From contig NC_086108.1 of assembly GCF_963921235.1 (NCBI RefSeq), positions 20,274,001 to 20,338,000 of the forward strand: a stretch of 64,000 bases of DNA. The letters run 5' to 3'. Below, in pieces: positions 1 to 10,765 of the stretch. Source of the DNA: Mobula hypostoma. Taxonomy: Eukaryota. Below the pieces are notes generated by a model. The model searched no databases. It was given only the letters and a program-made list of their open reading frames with translations, and had not been told where the DNA came from. The stretch's first letter is position 1, and each line of letters opens with the position of its first letter. Made by a program: the position numbers and the translations under genes.

Positions 1-579
1 GATATTGTCTACATGGACTTCAGTAAGGCCTTTGACAAGGTCCCGCATGGGAGATTAGTTAGGAAAATTCAGTCGCTAGGTATACATGGAGAGATGGTAA
101 ATTAGATTAGACATTGGCTCAATGGAAGAAGCCAAAGAGTGGTAGTAGAGAATTGCTTCTCCGAGTGGAGGCCTGTGACTAGTGGTGTGCCACAGGGATC
201 AGTGCTGGGTCCATTGTTATTTGTCATCTATATCAATGATCTGGATGCTAATGTGGTAAATTGGATCAGCAAATTTGCTGATGATACAAAGATTGGAGGT
301 GTAGTAGACAGTGAGGAAGGTTTTCAGAGCCTGCAGAGGGACTTGGACCAGCTGGAAAAATGGGCTGAAAAATGGCAGATTGAGGTTAATACAGACAAGT
401 GTGAGGTATTGCATGTTGGAAGGACAAACCAAGGTAGAACATACAGGGTTAATGGTAAGGCACTGAGGAGTGCAGTGGAACAGAGGGATCTGTGAATACA
501 GATATAAAATTCCCTAAAAGTGGCGTCACAGGTAGATAGGGTCGTAAAGAGAGCTTTTGGTACATTGGCCTTTATTAAT

Positions 580-1554
580 TGTTACGTACCCCGTAACTGG
601 GTTGCCAAACCAGCAGAAATGGATCACTCAGTTGGAGTCTGGATTACTAGAACTAAGAAAGTTTTATTAAAGAAACAAGCAACACCGTACTCTAATCAAA
701 AGGATAATAAGTGCAACAGTTCAGCAATGATAAACACACATGTGCACAGAATTAAGATAACAGCATCAATCAAGCTCTATCGTTGTCTAGGGGTAAATGA
801 CCAATTTCAAAGTGACACAAAGTTCAGTCCAATTTAGTTCAGTTCGCAGTAATTGTTGCCATGGCGATGGACAACGTGGGGGGAGGGAGAGAGAGAACGG
901 GAACGACTGATCATTCAGAACGGCTTCCACTCACAGACCGGCGATATTGCTCACAAGCAGCTTTCGGGCGGGTCCTTTGTGATGTCACCTGAGGTCACCG
1001 ACTGTGACCCCTCCTCCAGATGCGGTCGATCCTCTGCAGTGAATCCGGCACCCAAGCGAGGGTGGATACACACCGGGTTCCCGCTGATCGTACCTTTCCA
1101 CCCAGTGCGTTTGAGGCTGATCCCCCCGATCAGCCATCCAAGAGATTCCCACCGACTCGTGAGAGGCGCACCACTTCCAGGGTCTCGTTACCTCGAGTGA
1201 AGTGTGTGTCCTGCCTTAGCGAACCTATCCCTTTTTATCCCCCTGCTGGGGTATCGCCTGTCCATCACTTCAAACAGTTCAGGGTTCAAAGGGGGAGCCG
1301 CTCCAGACAGCTCTCTCTCCCGTCCCTTCATTACACATCTCCAGATCGCCTGTCCATCACTTCAAACAGTTCAGGGTTCAAAGGGGGAGCCGCTCCAGAC
1401 AGCTCTCTCTCCCATCCCTTCATTACACATCTCCAGATGCTGCTTCATTGTTCCTTATCTCTCCTTCCCGAGGACAGGTGGCAGACCAACTGCTGATGCC
1501 ACTGATGCTAGCCCAGGCCAGCAAACATCTTAATTTATGTGTATTCTCGTCACA
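580..1554 (-). mobile_element. Solo LTR (Gypsy-type, 975 bp) inserted in CR1
   Basis: TGTTACG...CGTCACA termini. 4-bp TSD TAAT at 576-579 and 1555-1558. The empty site TTTATTAATCAAAG is intact in the sister CR1 near 15332. AATAAA and a TATA-like element lie on the minus strand. Confidence 0.9.
1253..1438. repeat. 92-bp tandem duplication inside the solo LTR
   Basis: ATCGCCTGTCCATCAC...CATCTCCAG occurs at 1253 and 1345; one mismatch seen. Confidence 0.92.
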
Positions 1555-2316
1555 TAATCAAAGTATTGAGTATAAGAGCTGGAATGTTATGATGAGGTTT
1601 TATAAGGCATTGGTGAGGCCGAACCTGGAGTATTGTGTTCAGTTTTGGTCACCAAATTATAGGAAGGATATTAATAAGGTTGAAAGAGTGCAGAGAAGGT
1701 TTACAAGGATGTTGCCGGGACTTGAGAAACTCAGTTACAGAGAAAGGTTGAATAGGTTAGGACTTTATTCCCTGGAGCGTAGAAGAATGAGGAGAGATTT
1801 GATAGAGGTATATAAAATTATGATGGGTATATATAGAGTGAATGCAAGCCAGCTTTTTCTACTGAAGCAAGGGGAGAAAAAAACCAAAGGACATGGGTTA
1901 AGGGTGAGGGGGGAAAAGTTTAAAGGGAACATTGGGGGGGGCTTCTTCACACAGAGAGTGGTGGGAGTATGGAATGAGCTGCCAGACGAGGTGGTAAATG
2001 CGGGTTCTTTTTTAACATTTAAAAATAAATTGGACAGATACATGGATGGGAGGTGTATGGAGGGATATGGTCCGTGTGCAGGTCAGTGGGACTAGGCAGA
2101 AAATGGTTCAGCACAGCCAAGAAGGGCCAAAAGGCCTGTTTCTGTGCTGTAGTTTCTATGGTTTTCTATGGTTAATGATACAGTACTCTACAACTAATAT
2201 AACATATGACAAGAGTGTAAACAAAATATCAGAATTATATTACAAGTTCTACATCTGGACAAACAGTCGGCAATTACATTATCTTTGCCTTTAAGGTGAG
2301 TTATTAAGTGATCATA

Positions 2317-2970
2317 CAGGTGTCCCCCGCTTTCCCAATGTTCTCTTTACGACATTTCGCTTTTACGAAAGACCTACATTATTACCTGTTTTCGTTAACC
2401 GAAAGAGGATTTTCACTTTTACGAAAAAAGACACTCGCTTTAAACTTATGTTTACCCCGAGAAAGACTACCATGACCATGAAGCCTTGTGCGGGCAGGTG
2501 TGTGTGCATGCCTGACGTGCGAATGCCTGTACGTGAGCATGAGTGACATGCACGTATGTGCGGGCAGGTGTGTGGGCATGCCTGACGTGCGAATGCCTGT
2601 ACGTGAGCACGAGTGACATGCACGTATGTGCGAATGCATGAGATGCACATGCGTGTACGTGCTGATTTTTTTTTTCGACAAATCAATTTTGGCTCAAACT
2701 TCCCGATTCTGAGAAGTGAATCTACACTGTTCATACATTATTTCTCATACATGTATTTATCATATCATTCCTGCTTTTACTAGATGTTAGTGTTATTTTA
2801 GATTTTATGCGCTATTTTGGTATGATTTGGTAGGTTATTTTTTGGGTCTGGGAACGCTCAAAAAATTTTCCCATTATAAATGAATGATAATTGCTTCTTT
2901 GCTTTACGCCATTTCGGCTTACGAATGGTTTCAGAGGAATGCTCTACATTTGGATAGCGGGGGAAACCTG
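2317..2970. mobile_element. Non-autonomous Tc1/mariner (Tigger/pogo-like) MITE
   Basis: Terminal inverted repeats CAGGTGTCCCCCGCTTTCC / GGATAGCGGGGGAAACCTG. TA duplication at 2315-2316 and 2971-2972. Splits the Gypsy RNase H frame between LQEY and DHLITHLKGKDNVIAD. Confidence 0.9.
2487..2632. repeat. 70-bp tandem repeat (about 2 copies), largely purine-pyrimidine alternating, inside the MITE
   Basis: TGTGCGGGCAGGTGTGTG...CACGTA unit starts at 2487 and 2557. Confidence 0.85.
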
Positions 2971-3606
2971 TATTCTTGTAAAATTAAACTCCAATTCAGT
3001 AATCTTCTACTTTTATTTTTCAGTTTACTCAAATATACCAATGGATTATGATCGGTGTAAACCACGAGTGGTTTCTGAGTTGTGCCAACATACACATCGA
3101 AATTTTGCAGAGCCAAAATTAGAGATAATAATTCCTTTTCTATGGTTGAATAATTTCTTTAATGCTCATTAGATTTCTTGGAAAAATAAGCCACAGGATG
3201 TTCATCATCATCATCATTATCCCTTTGTAGTAAGACTGCTCCTGCAGCCTCATCACTAGCATCTACAGCTAGGGAAAATGCCTTTTCAAAATCAGGTGAT
3301 TTGAGCACAGGTTGGTGACACAGGATAGCTTTCAATTTACTAAATGCTTCCTGACAAGGCTCTGTCCAAACAAACTTTTCACCTTTCTTCAGGAGGTTAG
3401 TTAACGAAAGGGCAGTGTCGGCAAAATTCTTACAGAACTTACAGTATTACCCTACCATTCCCAAGAATCTTCTGAGAGTTTTTGTACCAGTTGGAGTGGG
3501 AACCTCCAAAATTGCCTGAACTTTTGCCTGAACAGGAGCTAACCTGCCTTGACCCACAACATAACCAAGATAGGTCACAGCGGCATGCCCAAATTCACTT
3601 TTAGCT

Positions 3607-4056
3607 TGAGATGGTAAAGGGCTAATTTGTTCTGCTGACATGTAAAAATTAGACGTCAAGCTAAGCTCTGTTGGCTTTTGCACCTGCAGAATAGGATGTG
3701 GTAATATAATTATATTCTGTCTCAAAAAATGTGGAACTACAGTTGAAAAATGAGGAATTACCTCATTGTGCACATTGTCTAAGTTTGATGGCCCTGTCTC
3801 AAAATACCACTGTTGCTGGGCTGTGACTATGGGGGATAGCTAAAAATTTTTTTCCTGCGTACATGACAAAAAGGGTATAAAAACTCTGTATCTGTAAGCT
3901 TGGTGAGAGAGACCTATGGTACGGGCACCCTGTGTGTGCCTAAGAAGTGCTCTCTCTCCAGTAGCGGCTACTAATAAAAAGCTGTTGCTTTATCCTCCAT
4001 AGTACTGTGTGTTCTTGCATCGGGTAACGGGTAATAATTAGAAGTAAGGTTTAACA
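3607..4056 (+). mobile_element. Solo LTR (450 bp) inserted in Gypsy 1 RT
   Basis: TG...CA termini. 4-bp TSD AGCT at 3603-3606 and 4057-4060. TATAAAA at about 3876 and AATAAA at about 3974. Removing it restores NLA-KSEFG. Confidence 0.85.
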
Positions 4057-4394
4057 AGCTAAGTTAATATAGTTAGGTTAGCTTTTGAAAGCCTGTCAAA
4101 CAGTTTTTCTACTGCAGACATATGTGCCCCCCAAGTGTCATTCCCTGTGACTAAATCATCAATATAGGCATCTGTATGTTTTAACCCTTGAATTACAGAA
4201 TTAATCATTCTCTGGAAGGTTCCTGGAGCATTCTTCATCCCAAATGGCAGAACATTATACTCATATAACCCAGATGGCATCACAAATGCAGAAATTTCTC
4301 TACCTCTGTCAGTTAATGGAACACACCAATACCCTTTCAACAAATCAATCTTTGTAAGAAATTTAGCTTTTCCAACCTTGTCATCTACCCGAGG

Positions 4395-4477
4395 AACAAC
4401 AGGAATTCTGCAGATGCTGGTATTCAAGCAACACACATAAAAGTTGCTGCATTCACCAGCAACTTTTATGTGTGTTG
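4395..4477 (+). mobile_element. 83-bp Penelope-derived mini-insertion (inverted pLTR end fused to 3' end) forming a hairpin
   Basis: 13-bp TSD CATCTACCCGAGG at 4382-4394 and 4478-4490. Right half matches the 3' end of the Penelope at about 44271-44296. 22-bp perfect inverted repeat 4428-4449 / 4457-4478. Confidence 0.85.
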
Positions 4478-4748
4478 CATCTACCCGAGGGATTGGATAT
4501 GCATCAGTTTTTGTTACAGCATTCACCTTCCTATAATCAGTACAAAACCTAATACTATCATCTGGTTTAGGCACCACGACACAAGATGAACTCCAATCCA
4601 AAGTAGAAAGTCTAATAATATCACTGTCTTTAACATATACTTAATTTCTTGTTCAGCAAGTTTACATTTTTCCACATTCATTCAATATGGATGTCGCTAT
4701 ATATTTTTGGTGTTTCCAAAATCTACATCATGTGAGGCTACTGTGATT

Positions 4749-5485
4749 CATAGTCATAGTCATACTTTATTGATCCCGGGGGAAACTGGATTTTCATTAC
4801 AGTTGCTCCATAAATAATAAATAGTAATAAAACCATAAATAGTTAAATAGTAATATGTAAATTATGCCAGGAAATAAGTCCAGGACCAGCCTATTGGCTC
4901 AGGGTGTCTGACCCTCCAAGGGAGTAGTTGTAAAGTTTGATGGCCACAGGCAGGAATGACTTCCTATGACGCTCTGTCTTGCATCTCAGTGGAATGAGTC
5001 TCTGGCTGAATGTACTCCTGTGCCCACCCAGTGCATTATGTAGTGGATGGGAGACATTGTCCAAGCTGGCATGCAACTTGGACAGCATCCTCTTTTCAGA
5101 CACCACCATCAGAGAGTCCAGTTCCATCCCCACAACATCACTGGCCTTACGAATGAGTTTGTTGATTCTGTTGGTGTCTGCTACCCTCAGCCTGCTGCCC
5201 CAGCACACAACAGCAAACATGATAGCACTGGCCACCACAGACTCGTAGAACATCCTCAGCATCGTCCGGCAGATGTTAAAGGACCTCAGTCTCCTCAGGA
5301 AATAGAGACGGCTCTGACCCTTCTTGTAGACAGCCTCAGTGTTCTTTGACCAGTCCAGTTTATTGTCAATTGGTATCCCCAGGTATTTGTAATACTCCAC
5401 CATGTCCACCCTGACCCCCTGGATGGAAACAGGGGTCACCGGTACCTTAGCTCTCCTCAGGTCTACCACCAGCTCCTTAATCTTT
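4749..5485 (-). mobile_element. Rex1/Babar-type LINE, 5'-truncated, nested in Gypsy 1
   Basis: ORF 4891-5469 (RLYFLRRLRSF...FYESVVASAI...SFLPVAIKLYN). (GACTAT)n tail. Same family as 63256-64000. Confidence 0.88.
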
Positions 5486-8400
5486 TGGGAACGTCTGGAA
5501 ATAAATTCTCAAATTTCATGATTAACTGTTTCATTTGCTGTCTCTGTTGTGGCTGTAGATGAGCCAATTTCTCAGCAATATTGTCCAAAATTGTCGAATT
5601 TGTTAGTCTGGCAGAAATAATGTTTGGTTTAAAATAAGCCTCAGATGGATCAGCTACCAAGTTCCCAGGGAAGTCAGACTTATTGTCACTGACAACAACA
5701 GTCATAGCTGCAGACTGTTTCCCCTCATAAGGCTTTATCATATTTACATGACAAAGTTGCGTTGGCCTTCATCGATCTGGTGTTTTTACCACATAGTCCA
5801 CATTATTAACTTCAGATATAATCTCATAAGGACCATGAAATCTAGCTTGTAAAGGGTTCGTTTGCACAGGGAAAAGAACCAACACCATATCTCCCGGCTT
5901 AAACACCCTCGTTCTAGCATCCTTGTCACACCAAGTTTTCATTCTTTCCTGAGCAGATTTTAAAATTTCCCTTGCAAAGCTGCAAGCTTTATGCAATCTT
6001 CCCTTAAATTTTAAGACATAATCCAATAAATTACTATGTACTTCTTTATTAACCCACTGTTCTTTTAATAATGCCAAAGGTCCTCAGACATTGTGCCCAA
6101 ACACAAGTTTAAACGGACTAAAGCCTAGGGACTCCTGCACTAACTTCCGTACTGCAAACAAAAACAAATGAACTCCCTCATCCCAATCTTCCTCATTTTC
6201 AACACAAAACATCCTAATCATAATTTTAAGGGTAGAATGGAACCTCCCTAAGGCCCCTTGTGATTCGGGATGATACGCAGATGATATAATCTGTTTGGCT
6301 CCCAGTTTATAAACTATCTGCTGGAATAATCCAGACATAAAATTACTCTTTTATCAGGCTGGATTTCTTTAGGTAATCCAAATAAAGTAAAGAACTTTAT
6401 GAGAGCCTTTGTCACAGTTTTGGCTTTTATATTCCTAAGAGGTATCGCTTCTGGAAACCTAGATGCGGTACACATGAGAATCAGCAAATATTGGTGGCCA
6501 ATAGTTTTTAGCAATGGACCCACACAATCTACAATAACTTTAGAAAATGGCTCACCAAATGCAGGAATTGGTTGTAATGGGGCCACTGGGGTGACTTGAT
6601 TAGATTTAACTACAACCTGACAAGTGTGACACTTTCGGCAAAATGTCATCACATCTTTCCTCAACCCAGGCCAATAAAATGTTTAAAAACCTTGTTCACA
6701 GTTTTCCTCACACCAAAATGGCCACCCAAGGGTATATTATGAGCCAAAGTCAAAATTTCATTCCAGTGAACTTTAGGAACGAATACCTGGTGGAAAAACT
6801 GCCCAATCCTCGCTTGTAGGAATCCTAGGTGGTCTCCACTTCCTCATCAATACTCCACTCTTGAAATAATACCCTACTGGCACCTTCACAGTCTCATTAT
6901 CTGGGACAGCTTGTTCTCTTAAGGTGGCAATCTCAGGGTCTTTGCTTTGCTCCACTATAAACTCCTTCCTAGACAAGGACAAGTCTTTAAGTCAGATTTA
7001 TTACAAGGATCCTGATCAAATAATGAAGGTAGAGAAGTTATTGACAAATCAACAAAATCTGAATCCTTATATGAATTGTCGTGGGTAACAGACCCATGCT
7101 GCACAGAACCCTCTGCCTCGGCAGACTTTTTTCCCATAGCTCGGGTTATTGCACAGGAGGTATATATGTTAGAATCCATTTTTGGATCATCAATGATTGG
7201 CTTAGCTGTCATCTGCACTACAGGAACAACTTTTCCTCCTGCTAGGTCATTCCTTAACAATAAGGAAACACCATCCACTGGTAAACTGGGTCGCAGTCCT
7301 ACTTTAACAGTTCCTGAAATTAACCTCGACCTTAAAACTACTTCGTGCAGAGGTACAGACATAAGGTTGCCCTCAATACCTCGTATAAGATTTACCTCAC
7401 CAATGTCAGTCTCATCATTAAACTCTAGAACACTGTCTAACATTAGTGACTAAGAAGCACCAGTATCCCGAAGAATTTTTATTGTTAATGGACGGGACCT
7501 TGCATTCACCAAAACAAACCCCTCTGACATAAAATGATCGAATCCCTTCTTAACCTGGTCAAACCTTGACAAAGCTTCCTTTGAATGTCCCGAACCCTGT
7601 GGGTTTCTAGGCGTTTCAAAGTGCTGCACGCAGTCATCTGGAACTGCCTCCTTTTCCCTCTTCTTCAGACGGAAACAGTTAGCCATAACATGACTAGGTT
7701 TCTTACAATAGTAACAATTAAGACTGAAATGTTTTTCCTTCACTTGCTTCCCTTCATTCTTACCTTTATCACTAGCTTCTGATTTACTTTCTGGTTTACC
7801 CTGACTATCCAGACTACTCTTTTGGAAAGTTTTACTCGGAGTAAATTTACTCTTATGGATTAAAGCATACTCATCTGCTAATTTAGCAGACTCCTGCAAC
7901 ATAGCAGTGTCCCTCTCATTTAAGTATATCTTCATGTCAATAGGGACACACCTTTTAAATTCCTCAATTAAAACCAACTCTTTCAAGTTGTCATACTCCT
8001 CATTCACATTTTTAGAGTTGACCCATCGCTCAAAACACATAGATTTATCATAGGCAAATTCCATATAAGTCTGGTTCACAGATTTCTTCAATTTTTTAAA
8101 TCTTTCTCTATAAGCTTCTGGAACCAGTTCATAAGCTTTAAGTATACACTGCTTCACAGTATCATAATCAAGTGCTTGCTCAGCAGTTAAAGCCATATAA
8201 ACTTGTTGTGCTTTACCTTTAATTACACTTTGTATAAGCACTGGCCATTTATCTTTCGGCCACTCTGAAATCAGAGTAACTGTCTCAAAATGCTGGAAGT
8301 ATGTATCAACTTCTGCCTCATTAAATGGAGGAACCAATTTAATTTCCTGACGAACAACAAATAGTTTCCTAGAACCAGAGGACTGAATCTCGGACCTTAA

Positions 8401-8894
8401 CTTCACAATCACTAGCTCAAACTCCGTTCTTTTCTCTGCTTCTTTAGCTTCAAATTCCCTCTGTTTATTTGCAGCTTCTAATCGACTTCATTTCAAGTCA
8501 GCTTCTAATTGTTTTTGTTTTAACTCAGCTTCTACTCTAAGCTTCTTTAACGCTAACTGTTCCAGGTGTAATTGTATCGCTTCTTTACTTACAGAGAACC
8601 TATCTAACTCCGCTTCATCAAAAACCGCCGAATTTGTATAGTGTTCCACGATTTTTTTCTGAATTACTGGCTTAGGTGTAACCATCGATATTCCTTTAAA
8701 GTCCAACCTTCTAGTAATCTTTAATACATCACCCTTTTTCGCCTTCACTAATACCGCCAGGGCTGGTGACACCAGAAAGCCATCAATATCCATTGCTGCT
8801 GATTACCACACACAAACCAATCAAATGAAAGGAATCAATTATTTCCCCTTTTTCAATTGTTAATTAAACAGCCAATTAAACTAAATTGGTTCAA

Positions 8895-8912
8895 ATCCTG
8901 GATGAGCCCCCA
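8895..8912 (-). promoter_or_regulatory. Primer-binding site, tRNA-Pro type
   Basis: Minus strand reads TGGGGGCTCATCCAGGAT just after the LTR end, versus the canonical tRNA-Pro PBS TGGGGGCTCGTCCGGGAT (2 mismatches, both CpG-type). Confidence 0.85.
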
Positions 8913-8916
8913 CATA

Positions 8917-9683
8917 TGTTATGAATTAGCAGTAACAGAAATGAATACGAGTCGAGTTTTTATAAAATAAACGACGACATTTATTAACCTCTACTCAAAT
9001 AAACATGAAACAGTAAATGAACGATTAACTTAAACAGATGTTAACAGTGTTATGCTTCTATAGTTATCAAACAATCAAACTTAAAGAAAATTCTCAACAG
9101 ATCTCATATAAGCACAGTCTTAAGGTGGTAGTTTAATAAGTCCATATGATTTATGAAATAACTGAGAGGAGAGACTTCCCGAACCTTGCGATGAAGAAAA
9201 GTCGAAACTGCTGACGCCGGTTCCAGCTGAGAAATACCTTTTCCGAAGTTATGATGCAGAATACGAGTTCTCAAAGTAACTGACCTTTCTGCCAGAAGTG
9301 GTTATCACACAATATCCAAACCATGTAAGGGTTAACAAAACGTGCATGCCATGTACAGACGGTTCCAAATGTCAGTCACACCCGTAATGCGCTGAATGCC
9401 GCTGGTTAACTCCAATTCCTCTGGGGTTCGTTCGGATTCTTCACTCTCACTCTTTCTTCTTCTCCGATAGCGTAACTACCAATGGTGAGTTCCCACCAAA
9501 ACGAACTACACAACAACTGCGGTCTCCCTTTATATACCAGTTAGAACATGCTATCACGTGACATCACATCACCCCATTATCACAAGACAATTACATCACT
9601 CCAATGGCACGAGACCATTCTATCATTCCAATAGCATAAGACAATTACATCATTTTCACAGGATACTCACGGGACAGGTAACA
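8917..9683 (-). repeat. 5' LTR of Gypsy 1 (767 bp)
   Basis: TGTTA.../...TAACA termini. TATATAAAG at about 9530 and AATAAA at about 8983 on the minus strand. Adjacent to the PBS. Confidence 0.8.
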
Positions 9684-10399
9684 AGTGTTATACATTACAA
9701 CATAAAGTGTTATGAATGACAGGCTAATGAATAGAATTAAGACCGCACCAGAATAGTAATAATCCATACAAAATTTTAACATATTGAACTGAAAGGTTAC
9801 TGCTGCTGTAAAATCTAAATAAATTTGAGCTCAGAAAAACATTATGCTATGTCAGTGCTGAGTGGCAGACCTGTATGTGCTCTAAGCAGCTGCAGCTCAG
9901 CAAAATCTTTTACATTTTAGCATACATTACCCTTGACTGCAAACCTTTGTGGGGTAATAGACATTGTGTCTGAGGAAAGGAATGCTGAACTCAATGTGCA
10001 ACTGATTATACTTTGCAAACAGTAGAAAAAAAATTCTGGATTCCTATAATGTTCTAGAAGTTATTTCTCAATTGCTAGCATAAATTGTAAAGAACAAAGT
10101 GTGTGTTGCTCTGGTTAATTAAAACTCTTTGAGGAACGAAATTTGGCATCCTTGCTTTGATTGACCTATATGCTGTTCCAGAACCACAACAACAGAATTG
10201 GCTGATAACTGCCTTTGAACTCTACCAAACTATTAAAAGAGATTTTGAAAGAGTAAATGACATGCTAACTTTGACTCCAGTTTTTTTTAAATCACAAGAT
10301 AACCATTCATTGTTAAGATTGCCTGACTTCGATGCCTTCCCGTAGCAGGCAGTAACATGGTCCACATCAAGTCCAGCTTCTCCACCAATGAAGAGCTCA

Positions 10400-10745
10400 G
10401 AAACAACGACTGACAACCAATGTGCAAAAGAAGACAAACTGTGCAAAAAAAAACAGAGACCTTGAAAGTAAGTTTGTTGGTTGTTCATCAGTTCAGAGTT
10501 GTGGTGAGTGAAGTTATCCACACGGGTTCAGAAGCCTGATGTTTGTAGGGTAATAACTATCCCTGAACCTAGTGATAAAGGATCCAAGGCTCCTGTACCT
10601 CCTGACTGATGGTAGCAGCAAGAAGAGAGAATGGCCTGGATGGTGGGGTCCTTGATGATTGATGCAGCTTTCTTGCAGCAGCAGTCCATCTGAATCTGCT
10701 CAATGTTGAGAGGAGTTACCCTTTGATTTCCCAGGATGTATACAC
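10400..10745 (-). mobile_element. Old Rex/L2-type LINE 3' fragment
   Basis: Resembles the 3' ends of the other Rex-type copies in this window (e.g. GAAGCCTGATG...CCCTGAACCT...GCTCCTGTACCTCCT). Heavily diverged. Confidence 0.55.
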
Positions 10746-10765
10746 CATTATAGATTATAGATAGT

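Larger units (their letters stand above)
1..2173 (+). mobile_element. CR1 LINE (family A), 3' half of ORF2 (RT) plus 3' UTR; interrupted by a solo LTR at 580-1554; 5' part lies outside the window
   Basis: ORFs 139-495 ([17 protein letters not shown]) and 1448-2095 (LVRPNLEYCVQFWSP...FFTQRVV) are CR1 RT motifs. Ends in a (TTCTATGG)-type tail at 2154-2173. Nearly identical to 14762-15846. Confidence 0.93.
2174..9683 (-). mobile_element. Gypsy LTR retrotransposon 1, Gmr1-like (gag-PR-IN-RT-RH), decayed; 3' LTR not in window
   Basis: 5' LTR 8917-9683 and PBS. Gag with SCAN/capsid-like segment and zinc knuckle CYYCKKPSHVMANC, then protease LRDTGAS (8412-7450). Integrase CRKCHTCQ, DCVGPL, SAYHPESQG (6664-5769). 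RT RFCTDYRKVN, YIDDL (4601-4059). RNase H YTDHNPL...NVIADCLSRC ending about 2240. Confidence 0.93.

Noticed and set aside
853..1533. Overlapping 109-158 aa ORFs
   Set aside because: They lie within a solo LTR and its tandem repeat, with no recognisable domain.
2363..2734. His/Cys-rich repetitive ORFs resembling a metal-binding protein
   Set aside because: Translation artefact of the 70-bp RY repeat in a MITE.
10157..10521. Short ORFs and a minus-strand acceptor near 10228 as a host coding exon
   Set aside because: No recognisable protein, no convincing donor, and partial overlap with a LINE 3' UTR.
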